From: an uncultured Gemmatimonadales bacterium
GTDB taxonomy: Bacteria > Gemmatimonadota > Gemmatimonadetes > Gemmatimonadales > Gemmatimonadaceae
Assembly (NCBI GenBank): GCA_963707505.1
Contig: CAVPQB010000004.1
Location: forward strand, 992,001-1,056,000
Reading direction: 5' to 3'
DNA length: 64,000 bases
Shown one piece after another: positions 39,710-49,039 of this stretch. The notes beneath the pieces are model-generated. The model did not search any database. It had not been told where the DNA came from and worked only from the letters and a program-made list of their open reading frames with translations. Position 1 is the stretch's first letter. The number at the start of each line of letters is the position of its first letter. The position numbers and the translations under genes are program-made.

Positions 39710-39967
39710 GTGTCGCGTGCGCTCACGATTCAGCGGACGACCATACCGCCGAGTGAGCGCGCGCGATATCTGACGCGCCTGACCGAGCGCGCGGCGCACT
39801 ACAGCGCGGCGGGTTGTCGTTTCTGGGTCTTCGAAGATCCGGGCCTGCGCAATGCGTTCGTGGAATTTACGGAGGCCGACGATTCAGCGATTCTCGCGGA
39901 GGCTGTTGCGTCGGCGCCGGGGCCCGGGTCGGGCCCTCTGCGCATTTACCATCAAGTGGAGTTCTAG
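39710..39967 (+). CDS. hypothetical protein (possible dimeric alpha+beta barrel)
   Basis: GTG start 2 nt after E2 stop; FWVFED...FVEF pattern. Confidence 0.65.
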   Translation: MSRALTIQRTTIPPSERARYLTRLTERAAHYSAAGCRFWVFEDPGLRNAFVEFTEADDSAILAEAVASAPGPGSGPLRIYHQVEF

Positions 39968-40234
39968 ATGCCCTTTCGTACGGTTACAGTTGACGGCGCC
40001 GCGTGGCGGGTACAACCCACGGGCTACGTGACTGCGAACACCAAGGACGAGTTCGCGCTCATCTTCGCACGCGGGGCCGGCGCCGAGCGCGAGACGCGCG
40101 TGGTTCGTTACTCGCCCGTCGGCGCGCGTTGGCGCGAGCAGTCGTTCGCGTCGCTCAGCGATGACGATCTCCGTAGACTCTTTGCCCAGTCGCAGCCGAG
40201 CGCGACTTCGCCCGAGGCGTTCTACGCGCGATGA
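39968..40234 (+). CDS. hypothetical protein (88 aa)
   Basis: Abuts or overlaps neighbours; LSDDDLRRLF. Confidence 0.7.
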   Translation: MPFRTVTVDGAAWRVQPTGYVTANTKDEFALIFARGAGAERETRVVRYSPVGARWREQSFASLSDDDLRRLFAQSQPSATSPEAFYAR

Positions 40235-41085
40235 GTGACCGCGGCACCGAGCCGCTCGATGAGCGTTATGTAGATCTGCACGCGCATTCAACGGCCTCCG
40301 ATGGAGCAGTGTCGCCGGCCGAGCTTGTCGAGGCCGCCTCCCGCGCGCGGCTTCAGGCCATAGCGATCACCGATCACGACACGATCGCGGGCAATGACGA
40401 GGCGTTCGCCACCGGCGCGAGCCTTGGGATAAGAGTCGTGCGCGGCTGCGAGCTCAGCGCGTACCACGGCGACTTCGAGGTTCATCTGCTCGCGTTGCAC
40501 ATACGGTACTCAGACGCGATCCGGCCGAGTCTCGAAGGCTTTCAGCGCGAGCGTGTAGACCGCGGCCACGCGATCGTAGAGCGACTTGCCGTTGCGGGCG
40601 TGCCTGTGAGCATCGAGGATGTTCTCGCCGAGGCAGCTGGTGGCGCGCTCGGAAGACCGCACATTGCCCGCGCGATGATCCGTGCCGGGCACGTCGCCGA
40701 TCATCGCGATGCGTTCGACAGATATCTCGGTGCCGGCAAGTGCGCGTACGTTCCCAAGCCCCGTCTCGACGTCGGCGATGCAATTGGGCTCGCGCACGCC
40801 GCTGGTGCTCTGGCCGTCTGGGCACATCCCGGTCGCGACGGAACGCGCGAGCGGCTTACGCGACTGGCCGCGCTCGGACTTGACGGCGTCGAGGTGCGGC
40901 ATCCCGGCCACACTCCCGCTGACACGCAGCGACTTGGTCGCCTCGCGGACGAGTTGGATCTGGTGCCAAGTGGCGGCTCTGACTGGCACGGCGCCACCGA
41001 AGGCTATCGCACGCTCGGCAACATGCACGTTCCTGAAGCGTGGCTGGATCTGCAGGATGTGCGGCTCGTGACTCGCGTATCGTAA
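40231..41085 (+). CDS. PHP-domain phosphoesterase (YciV/RNase AM-like)
   Basis: DLHAHSTASDG, ITDHDT, GRPHIA, AHP, GGSDWHG. Confidence 0.92.
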   Translation: MSDRGTEPLDERYVDLHAHSTASDGAVSPAELVEAASRARLQAIAITDHDTIAGNDEAFATGASLGIRVVRGCELSAYHGDFEVHLLALHIRYSDAIRPSLEGFQRERVDRGHAIVERLAVAGVPVSIEDVLAEAAGGALGRPHIARAMIRAGHVADHRDAFDRYLGAGKCAYVPKPRLDVGDAIGLAHAAGALAVWAHPGRDGTRERLTRLAALGLDGVEVRHPGHTPADTQRLGRLADELDLVPSGGSDWHGATEGYRTLGNMHVPEAWLDLQDVRLVTRVS

Positions 41086-41113
41086 TGCGTATCGTAATGC
41101 GTATCGCAATGCG
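41075..41113. repeat. 12-bp tandem repeat, about 3.25 copies
   Basis: GCGTATCGTAAT GCGTATCGTAAT GCGTATCGCAAT GCG. Confidence 0.9.
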
Positions 41114-41127
41114 CACCGTGAGATAGC

Positions 41128-41859
41128 ATGGAGCTCAGCGGCCGCGCCGTACTCGTCACTGGAGGCGCACATCGCGTTGGGCGCGCGCTTACCGTCGCGC
41201 TAGCCAATGCCGGCATGCGCGTCGCGATCAATTACAACTCCGCGTCTGCAGAAGCCGATGCGCTTGTGCGTGAGCTGTCAGCGAGCGGCCACGAGTGCCG
41301 CGCGTACAAGGGTGATCTCACACAACCCGATGCACCGCGGTCACTCGTTGAATCCGTAGCCCACGATTTCGGCGGACTCGACGTCCTGATCAATTCCGCC
41401 GCTGTGATGCGCCGTACTCCAGTCGATGACGTGACAGTCGCGGAATGGGACTCGATGTTCGCGCTCAATCTGCGCGCGCCGTTCTTCCTGGCGCAGGCAG
41501 CACGATCATACCTTCGCAGCGCAAGGGGCTGCATCGTCAATCTCGCGGACCTCGCTGCGTTCGAAACCTGGCCGGAATACATCCCGCATGGAATAAGCAA
41601 GGCTGGTGTCGTGCAGATGACCCGCGCACTGGCGCGCGCGTTCGCGCCCGAAGTGCGCGTCAACGCGATCGCGCCCGGTGCCGTGCTGCTACCGGATAGC
41701 TGGGACGACGCGACGCGCGCTCATTTCGCGACCACGACGCCGTTGCGTCGGATAGGATCGCCGAATGACGTGGTCGAGGCGATGCTGTATCTTCTGCGCG
41801 CCGACTACGTGACCGGAGATACGGTACTGGTCGATGGCGGACGCCATGTCCGGACCTGA
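41128..41859 (+). CDS. SDR oxidoreductase, pteridine reductase (FolM/PTR1)-like
   Basis: TGGAHRVG, NLADL, HGISK (Y-to-H in YxxxK), VNAIAPG. Confidence 0.85.
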   Translation: MELSGRAVLVTGGAHRVGRALTVALANAGMRVAINYNSASAEADALVRELSASGHECRAYKGDLTQPDAPRSLVESVAHDFGGLDVLINSAAVMRRTPVDDVTVAEWDSMFALNLRAPFFLAQAARSYLRSARGCIVNLADLAAFETWPEYIPHGISKAGVVQMTRALARAFAPEVRVNAIAPGAVLLPDSWDDATRAHFATTTPLRRIGSPNDVVEAMLYLLRADYVTGDTVLVDGGRHVRT

Positions 41860-42586
41860 CACGAGTGATTACGGCACGATCGTAATCGTCGGCGGTGGGT
41901 GCTACGGCTCCTATTACGTACGTCAGCTCGATCGTGCCCGTGCAGCGGGTGCAATCAGATTTGAGAAGGTACTCGTCGTTGACCATTCGGCGAAATGCGC
42001 CGTCGCGGGTATAGAGTCGGACGCCGAGCTCGTGATTGCGGAGTGGGCGGAATTTTTCGATGACTATCTCAACGCCGCGCCCGACGACACTCGCGACGCG
42101 ATAGTTCCGTCGCCGCTCATGCCGCACCTGATGTACCAGTGGCTGCGGGACAGAGCAAAAACGCGTTGGCCGCAACGTATCGTCGAGACTCGCGCTTTGA
42201 CTCTCGAGCCGGATACGCCATGGAAGAGTGCGGCGCCCGATGGAACATTCTACGCCAGTTATGCGACGTGGACCTGTCCCATCAACTGCGTCGAGCCGCG
42301 GCTCTGCCCGCATACCCGAGCCGCGCGAAGCTGGACCATGCCAAGCGCTGCCGTCGAGCTCGTAGAGAGATCCGCAGGCGCGGGCGAGCCATTGCAGGGG
42401 CCGGTTATATTTCACTGTAGCCACCGCGCGTTCGGCGTTGGGATGTTCGATACGCGCGATGTGGTTGCCGCCGACAGGCTGGTCCAACGCGTGGCAGCTG
42501 ATTCAGCCGCGAACGTGCTCGTCGGGACAGTTTCGCATTGCCACGGTGCGTTCAACATTCTTCACGTCGGCGCTGAAACCTCATAG
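41834..42586 (+). CDS. hypothetical protein, Rossmann-like N-terminus and Cys/His-rich C-terminus
   Basis: IVIVGGGCYG; CPINCVEPRLCPH; HCSH; SHCHG. Confidence 0.75.
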   Translation: MADAMSGPDTSDYGTIVIVGGGCYGSYYVRQLDRARAAGAIRFEKVLVVDHSAKCAVAGIESDAELVIAEWAEFFDDYLNAAPDDTRDAIVPSPLMPHLMYQWLRDRAKTRWPQRIVETRALTLEPDTPWKSAAPDGTFYASYATWTCPINCVEPRLCPHTRAARSWTMPSAAVELVERSAGAGEPLQGPVIFHCSHRAFGVGMFDTRDVVAADRLVQRVAADSAANVLVGTVSHCHGAFNILHVGAETS

Positions 42587-42592
42587 AAATTC

Positions 42593-43577
42593 ATGAGTAA
42601 GACTTTTGAATATGACGTCATAATCGTCGGTGCCGGTCCCGCTGGGATGACCGCAGGGATGTACGCCGGACGATCGATGTTGAAGACAGTGATCATCGAG
42701 CGCGGTGGTTCGGGCGGAGAGCTGCTCAACACCGAAGCGATCGAAGACTATCCAGGCTTCGAGCACATCGAGGGCTGGGATCTCGCGCAGCGCTTCGAGA
42801 GTCATGCAAAGAAATTTGGTGCTGAGTTTCATCAGGGTGTCGTGCTCTCGGTCAGGCGCCTCGAGGACGGAACGTTCGACGTCGAGACCGAGTCGGGCGA
42901 CGTTTACCACGCACCGACTGCGATAGTCACGGCTGGTGGTACGCCGATCAAGCTCGGCGTCCCCGGCGAGACCGAGTATGCAGGGAAGGGTGTGTCCTAC
43001 TGCGCCATCTGCGACGGTGCATTCTTCAAGGGCCACACTATCGCCGTTGTCGGTGGCGGTGATGCCGCCGTCGAAGAGAGTGACTTTCTCACGCGCTATG
43101 CCGAGAAGGTGTATCTGATCCATCGGCGCGACGAGCTGCGCGCTTCCAAGATCCTGCAGAAGCGCCTGCTCGAGAATCCGAAGATTGAAGTGATCTGGGA
43201 TACTCTCGTGGAGCGCGTCGAGGCGGACGAGCATGGTTTCGTGCATAATCTCAAGCTCCGCAACGTGAAAACGCGGCGCCGAGAGCGATCTTGCCGCCAC
43301 GGCGATGTTCGTTTTCATCGGATTCCGTCCGAACACCGGCATCATCGAAGGCCACGTCGATCACGACGAGATGGGTTATCTGCTGACGGACACGAACATG
43401 GAGACGTCGATCGACGGCCTGTTCGCAGCCGGCGACGTGCGCTCGCAGCTCACGCGCCAGGTCACGACTGCCGCGGGTGATGGAACGACCGCGGCCATAG
43501 CTGCCGAGAAATATCTCGCTTCACTGCGCGATTCGTCCGTCGGCCGAATCGTGGCGACGGGCGGATACGCGGTGTGA
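42593..43577 (+). CDS. trxB: thioredoxin-disulfide reductase (frameshift near 43280)
   Basis: GAGPAG, GVSYCAICDG, GGGDAAVEE, HRRD, FAAGDV. Confidence 0.93.
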
Positions 43578-44224
43578 AGATTCTGTCGCGCACCGTCGGT
43601 CCGTTCCAGGAGAACGCGTATCTCGTCGTCGACGAGATGACCGGCGAAGCCGTAATCGTCGATCCCGGCGCAGATGCGGACGATCTTCTCGAGATGATCG
43701 AGTCGAGCGGCGCGACGCTTCGTGCGATCTGGCTTACACACGCGCATCTGGATCACATCGGCGCCGTCTCCGCGATCCGTCGCAGGTTTGCGGGCGTGCC
43801 CGTTCATCTTCATCCGCTCGACCGGCCCGTTTACGATGCGCAATCGTTCTTCGCGGAATCGTACCAGGTTCCGTTCGAGCAACCGGATGCACCCGACGAG
43901 GATCTCGCCCACGGCGATGTTATCCGCGTCGGAAATCTATCGTTCGACGTCATTCACCTCCCGGGCCACAGTCCCGGCCACGTCGTGTTCCACGGACATG
44001 GCATCGTACTAGGCGGCGATGTTCTGTTCGCGGGATCGATCGGACGCACCGATCTCCCGATGGCGAATCCCGAGCACATGCAGGATTCGCTGCGCGAGAT
44101 CGCAGCACTTCCTCGCGAGACGATCGTTTACCCCGGCCACGGTGCCGCGACCACGATCGGCGAGGAGCTCAACAGCAACCCTTTTCTGAACGGAATAGCA
44201 AATGTCAAACGCAACGCGGATTGA
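43574..44224 (+). CDS. MBL-fold metallo-hydrolase (glyoxalase II/YcbL-like)
   Basis: THAHLDHIG, PGHSPG, GRTDLP, YPGHG. Confidence 0.92.
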   Translation: MKILSRTVGPFQENAYLVVDEMTGEAVIVDPGADADDLLEMIESSGATLRAIWLTHAHLDHIGAVSAIRRRFAGVPVHLHPLDRPVYDAQSFFAESYQVPFEQPDAPDEDLAHGDVIRVGNLSFDVIHLPGHSPGHVVFHGHGIVLGGDVLFAGSIGRTDLPMANPEHMQDSLREIAALPRETIVYPGHGAATTIGEELNSNPFLNGIANVKRNAD

Positions 44225-45608
44225 GAAGGACCCACTGGGCGAGCTCGCCGTACCGGCCGACGCGATGTACGGCGTGCAGACGCTGCGCGCGGTCCAGAAC
44301 TTCCCGATCAGCGGCATTCGTCCACTCCCTGCGTTCGTGGATGCGGTTGTACGCATCAAGCGTGCGGCAGCGCTGACGCACAAGGAAACCGGCCGCCTGG
44401 AACCTCGGCTCGCCGACGCAATCGTCGCCGCGGCGGACGAAGTGCTCGGTGGCAAGTGGCGTGACCAGTTCATCGTCGATGTGTATCAGGCCGGTGCCGG
44501 TACGTCGCATAACATGAACATCAACGAGGTGCTCGCCAATCGCGCCAACGAGATGCTCGGCAGCGAGCGCGGCAAGTATTCACCGGTTCATCCGAACGAC
44601 CACGTCAACATGGCGCAGTCCACGAATGACGTGATTCCAACTGCGATCCGAATCGCGTGCATCGCGCAACTTCCACAGTTGAACGACTCGATTCAGTCGT
44701 TGATCGACGCGCTCGCGAAGAAGGGAAGGGACTTCGACGGTATAGTGAAGGCCGGACGCACGCACCTTCAGGACGCGATGCCGATCCGGTTGGGCCAGGA
44801 GTTCACCGCATTTGCCGGAACGCTCGCGCGCAATCTCAAGCGCGTGAACCAGGCCGCTGACTATCTGCGTGATCTGGGAATCGGCGGCAGCGCCGTTGGC
44901 ACTGGCGTCAACGTCGAGCCGCAATATCCGGCGCTGATGGTGAAGTACCTGAACACGATGATGGACGGCAACCTTCGCGCAGGCTCCGATCGAATCCAGC
45001 TCATGCAGAGCATGGGTGACGCCGCGGCTTTCAGCGCAGCGATGAAGGTGCTCGCGCTCGATCTCAGCAAGATCGCGAGCGATCTCCGCATCATGGTGAG
45101 CGGCCCGCGCACGGGCCTCGACGAGATCACGTTGCCAGCAGTGCAACCGGGCTCGTCGATCATGCCCGGCAAGATCAATCCGTCCATCGCCGAGATGGTG
45201 AATCAGGTCTGCTTCCAGATCGTGGGTCTGGACGCGTGCGTTGCAGCGGCGGCCGAGCACGGTCAGCTGGAGCTGAACGTCATGATGCCGGTGATTGCAT
45301 ATAATGTTCTGCTCGCCGAGCATATACTCGGCACTGCGTCGCGCACGTTCGCGGAGAGGTGTGTCGCCGGAATCCAGGCCAACGCAGAGCAGTGCGCGTA
45401 CTGGGTCGAGCGTTCAGCAGCGCTCGCGACCGCGCTTGCGCCGCAGATCGGTTACGCGAAGGCGGCGGACATCAGCAAACGATCCGTCAAGGAAGGCGTT
45501 CTGATTCGCGATCTCGTGAAGCGCGAGCATGTGCTGTCGGATACCGAAATCGACGATGTGCTGGATCTCAAGAGGATGACCGAGATCGGAGTACCGGGCA
45601 CGCACTAG
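44202..45608 (+). CDS. aspA: aspartate ammonia-lyase (fumarase/aspartase superfamily)
   Basis: QAGAGTSHNMN, QSTND, GRTHLQDA, GSSIMPGKINP. Confidence 0.8.
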   Translation: MSNATRIEKDPLGELAVPADAMYGVQTLRAVQNFPISGIRPLPAFVDAVVRIKRAAALTHKETGRLEPRLADAIVAAADEVLGGKWRDQFIVDVYQAGAGTSHNMNINEVLANRANEMLGSERGKYSPVHPNDHVNMAQSTNDVIPTAIRIACIAQLPQLNDSIQSLIDALAKKGRDFDGIVKAGRTHLQDAMPIRLGQEFTAFAGTLARNLKRVNQAADYLRDLGIGGSAVGTGVNVEPQYPALMVKYLNTMMDGNLRAGSDRIQLMQSMGDAAAFSAAMKVLALDLSKIASDLRIMVSGPRTGLDEITLPAVQPGSSIMPGKINPSIAEMVNQVCFQIVGLDACVAAAAEHGQLELNVMMPVIAYNVLLAEHILGTASRTFAERCVAGIQANAEQCAYWVERSAALATALAPQIGYAKAADISKRSVKEGVLIRDLVKREHVLSDTEIDDVLDLKRMTEIGVPGTH

Positions 45609-45646
45609 AGAAGCTGGTGTTGGCTTCGATTGCTTTTTAACGGACA

Positions 45647-45670
45647 GGCACGGATGCATCCGTGCCCCAC
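45647..45670. repeat. REP-like perfect 20-bp palindrome with GTGG foot on minus strand
   Basis: GGCACGGATGCATCCGTGCC-CCAC. Confidence 0.6.
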
Positions 45671-45722
45671 CTTCGCTCGCCATCCCTCCCGGTGGCGAGC
45701 CTTGTTATCCGGAGTGGCCGGC

Positions 45723-45765
45723 TTGCCTTTCTCATATAATTAGCTAATATGCTAAGTAACTAATT
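45723..45765 (+). promoter_or_regulatory. putative promoter and ArsR/SdpR operator
   Basis: TTGCCT-16 nt-TAATAT; inverted repeats TTAGC-N6-GCTAA and AATTAG...CTAATT in an AT island. Confidence 0.55.
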
Positions 45766-45779
45766 CTTGGACATTACAG

Positions 45780-46754
45780 ATGCTGACGGCCCTTCTCCTA
45801 TCCGCACTCTCGCTTGCCATGCCTCCCCAGCAAGACAGCATTCCGTCCGTTCCGATCACTCTCAAAACGCCCACCGGCGACATCGCCGGCTCGCTCATGG
45901 TTCGGCCCGGAACTGCCCGATCTCCGGTGGTGCTGATCATCGCCGGATCCGGCCCCACGGACCGCGACGGCAACTCGCCCGTGCCAATTGCGCCCGGCAA
46001 GACACTCGCCACCGATTCATACAAGCTGCTGGCCGAAGCCCTCGCAGCGAACGGCATCGCATCGGTGCGATATGACAAGCGCGGCGTCGGAGCAAGCGCG
46101 AAAGCGATGTCGGGAATGAAAGAGGACGACTACCGCTTCGACATGGGAGTGGACGACGCAGCTGCTTGGATCCGCATGCTGCGCGCGGACCCGCGATTCT
46201 CGAAAGTCGTGGTAGTCGGCCACAGCGAAGGGTCGCTGGTTGGCATGGTTGCAGCGCAGCGCGCGCAAGCCGACGGATTCGTCTCGCTCGAAGGTGCAGG
46301 GCGGCCTGCTGCCGACATACTGCGGGAGCAACTCACAGCGGCCGGCGTGCCACCGGCAATGTTCGAATCCATTCTCGATTCGCTCGTCGCTGGCAGGACA
46401 GTCGCCAACACGCCGCCCGCACTTGCTTCGCTGTTCCGCGCGAGTGTGCAGCCTTACATGATCTCGTGGTTCAGGTACGATCCGGCCGCGGAGCTGAAGA
46501 AGTTGCCGTACGCGACGCTGGTGATTCAGGGAACGCACGACGTGCAGGTCTCCGCGAAGGACGCCGCGCTCCTGGCCGCCGCGCCCGGCGCGACGCTCGT
46601 CACGATCGACGGGATGACGCACGTGCTGAAACTCGGACCAGCTGACAAGGCGGCGCAGACCATGACGGTGTATTCCGATCCGCGCATTCAGATCGCGCCG
46701 GAAGTTGTATCCGCGATCGTCGCATACGTTGGCGCCGCGCCACACGCGCGGTGA
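45780..46754 (+). CDS. secreted alpha/beta serine hydrolase
   Basis: Signal peptide; AGSGPTDRDGN, RYDKRGVG, GHSEG, QGTHDVQV, MTHVLK. Confidence 0.9.
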   Translation: MLTALLLSALSLAMPPQQDSIPSVPITLKTPTGDIAGSLMVRPGTARSPVVLIIAGSGPTDRDGNSPVPIAPGKTLATDSYKLLAEALAANGIASVRYDKRGVGASAKAMSGMKEDDYRFDMGVDDAAAWIRMLRADPRFSKVVVVGHSEGSLVGMVAAQRAQADGFVSLEGAGRPAADILREQLTAAGVPPAMFESILDSLVAGRTVANTPPALASLFRASVQPYMISWFRYDPAAELKKLPYATLVIQGTHDVQVSAKDAALLAAAPGATLVTIDGMTHVLKLGPADKAAQTMTVYSDPRIQIAPEVVSAIVAYVGAAPHAR

Positions 46755-47050
46755 CCGACGCATTCCGCGCACTCGCCGATCCGACCCGCCGCGCGATTCT
46801 CGACCTTCTCCGCAGCGGCTCACTCACGTCCGGAGAGATCGCGGAGCAATTTGGATCGTCGTGGCCAACGATCTCGCGTCATCTGAGCGTACTGAAAGAC
46901 GCAGGTCTCATCAACGCGGAAAAGGAAGGACAGTTCATGCGCTACGAGCTGGCGACAACGGTGTTTCAGGATGTGTTGCAGAAGCTCGCGTCGTGGACCA
47001 AACCATCAGGCGGAGGAGTCGGAGCAACATGCGTGACCATAGCCGGCTGA
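46751..47050 (+). CDS. ArsR-family autorepressor, SdpR-like
   Basis: FRALADPTRRAIL, TISRHLSVLK, TTVFQD. Confidence 0.88.
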   Translation: MTDAFRALADPTRRAILDLLRSGSLTSGEIAEQFGSSWPTISRHLSVLKDAGLINAEKEGQFMRYELATTVFQDVLQKLASWTKPSGGGVGATCVTIAG

Positions 47051-47779
47051 TCTCGTTTCTGCTGGTCGTTGCGGCGTTCGCGATTTCGATCGTTGCATTT
47101 CCGCATCTGCCGGCGATCGTCCCGACGCATTGGGGAATTTCCGGACATGCCGGATCATTTCGGTAGCCGCAGTCCAGGGAGCGTTTCTGCTTCCGGTGGC
47201 GATGCTTGGCCGCGTGGATCATGGTCGGGTTCGTGCCGCGGTACGATCAGGATCGCTGTTCACCAGGTACGACGACCGCGTGACTCGGATGCGTCGACTG
47301 TGCGCCCAGCATACAACGTCGGTCGTCGTCGCTGCGCTCATCGCATCGATGCTCGCGATTCACGGTTTCGACGATCACGAGCACGCTCGGTCTGGTCGAC
47401 GCAGAGCAGACAGCCAGCTGCTGACTCGCGTTGATCGTCTCGACTCGGCATGATCGTGATCGGCAACTACATGCCGCGCGTAACGCGGCGCAACGCGTTC
47501 GTCGGGGTGCAGACTTCCGTGGGCGTACGCGAGTGAGGAAGTGTGGCGTCGAACTCAGCGTGCAGGCGGGTATGGCATGGTCGCCGCGGGAATTGTCGGC
47601 CTGATCGGTGCGCTTGCGTTTCCCAGTCACCCGTCAAGCCGCTTTTCGCGGCGCTCCTGGCGCAGTTGATTGTCGTCGCGATCTACTCGTATTCGATCGC
47701 TCATTCCAGCGAGGTGCCGCTGAGCGCTCGCGTCGCAAGGCCCTTGCTCCGAGCCCTGCCGGCCGGTATCCTCCACTGA
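47029..47779 (+). CDS. SdpI/DUF1648 immunity-type membrane protein (multiple frameshifts; end uncertain)
   Basis: LPAIVPTHWGISG, IGNYMPR...NAFVG, PWAYASEEVWRRTQR across frames. Confidence 0.75.
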
Positions 47780-48237
47780 TGCGGATCACTACTTGGGCTG
47801 AATACGGTGTAATCTGCGCGCTGCACCTGGCGCGTCGGTCCGAAGACGGTCCTGTGACCGGACGCGACATCGCCGCACAGGAGCGCTTGCCAGCGGATTA
47901 CGTCGAACAGATACTCCTCAGGCTCCGTCGCGCCGATGTCATCAAGAGCGTTCGCGGTGCGCGCGGCGGCTACATGCTGGCCCGGCCGTCCAGCGAGATC
48001 ACTATCCGCGACGTGATCCACGCCTCCGAGCTCGAGACGTTCGACCTGCACTGCGTCAGTCATCCCGTAGAGGAGATGCGTTGCGCAGCGTCACACAACT
48101 GCAGCATCCGTCCGATCTGGGTGATGCTGCAGCAGAAGATCGACAACGTCCTGGAAAGCGTTCATCTCTCCGACCTGCTACACGACGAGCCGACGGTGCG
48201 CGAGCGCATCGGTCTGCCGATCCTGGAAACGGTCTAA
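47779..48237 (+). CDS. Rrf2-family regulator (IscR-like, three Cys)
   Basis: YVEQIL, SVRGARGGY, C-x9-C-x5-C. Confidence 0.92.
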   Translation: MRITTWAEYGVICALHLARRSEDGPVTGRDIAAQERLPADYVEQILLRLRRADVIKSVRGARGGYMLARPSSEITIRDVIHASELETFDLHCVSHPVEEMRCAASHNCSIRPIWVMLQQKIDNVLESVHLSDLLHDEPTVRERIGLPILETV

Positions 48238-48308
48238 CAGGTTTGGCCTAGCAGTTTCAGAGTGGCGGCGCCAGCGGTGCTGGGCGCAGATCCACCTGCA
48301 GGCGGGCA

Positions 48309-48392
48309 TGCTCGGGGCGGGACTCGAACCCGCACGGCCTTTCGGCCACAGCGTTCTGAGCGCTGCGTGTATACCAGTTTCACCACCCGAGC
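48309..48392 (-). tRNA. tRNA-Leu(CAG), CCA not encoded
   Basis: GCTCGGG acceptor, anticodon arm CAGCG-CTCAGAA-CGCTG, long variable arm GGCC-GAAA-GGCC, GGTTCGAGTCC. Confidence 0.97.
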
Positions 48393-48550
48393 GAAGCGGC
48401 TGAGTGCCGCAGTGCGCCGCCTTCGATTCGGAAACCAGCCCGAACCGGACGCCAAATCCCGAGAGCGGTGTCACACTCACCGGAAGCCTCTCAACATAGC
48501 CGCACGGACGGGGTGGCGCAACGCCGCCCCACACACCTAACTTGACAGCC

Positions 48551-49021
48551 ATGCCCGACGTTACCGCCACGCCGGCGCGCCAGTCAATTGCGAAGAACCG
48601 CAGGGCGTCGCACGACTATCAACTCCTCGAGACTTGGGAAGCCGGCATCGCGCTCACGGGTACCGAAGTAAAGGCGCTGCGTGACGGGAAGGCAAACATC
48701 TCCGACGCCTACGGCATTGTTCGCGATGGTGAAGTCTATCTGCTCAATCTCCACATCTCTCCGTACGAGCGCGGCGGCTACGTCAACCACGAGCCGACGC
48801 GCACGCGCAAGCTTCTGTTGCACAAGAAGGAGATTCGCAAGATGATCGGAGCCGTCGAGCGGCAGGGCCTTACACTCGTTCCCCTGGAGCTCTACTTCAA
48901 GGGCGGCCGCGCCAAGGTCGCTCTCGCGCTCGGCAAGGGCAAGAAACTTCACGACAAGCGCGAAGACGCTCGCAAGCGCGACGACGAGCGTGACATGGCG
49001 CGCGCCATGAGGCGCTCGTGA
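48551..49021 (+). CDS. smpB: SsrA-binding protein
   Basis: NRRASHDY, EAGIALTGTEVK, RKLLLHKKEI, GKKLHDKR. Confidence 0.97.
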   Translation: MPDVTATPARQSIAKNRRASHDYQLLETWEAGIALTGTEVKALRDGKANISDAYGIVRDGEVYLLNLHISPYERGGYVNHEPTRTRKLLLHKKEIRKMIGAVERQGLTLVPLELYFKGGRAKVALALGKGKKLHDKREDARKRDDERDMARAMRRS

Positions 49022-49039
49022 GGCGTTCGTGAGGGATTC

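Noticed and set aside
41075..41113. CRISPR array
   Set aside because: 12-bp units without spacers; no cas genes or repeat-spacer arrays seen in the window
45609..48392. Genomic island integrated at tRNA-Leu
   Set aside because: No integrase, and I saw no duplicated tRNA 3' end or compositional shift
48393..48550. tmRNA next to smpB
   Set aside because: Spacer too short and lacks tmRNA termini; probably divergent promoters
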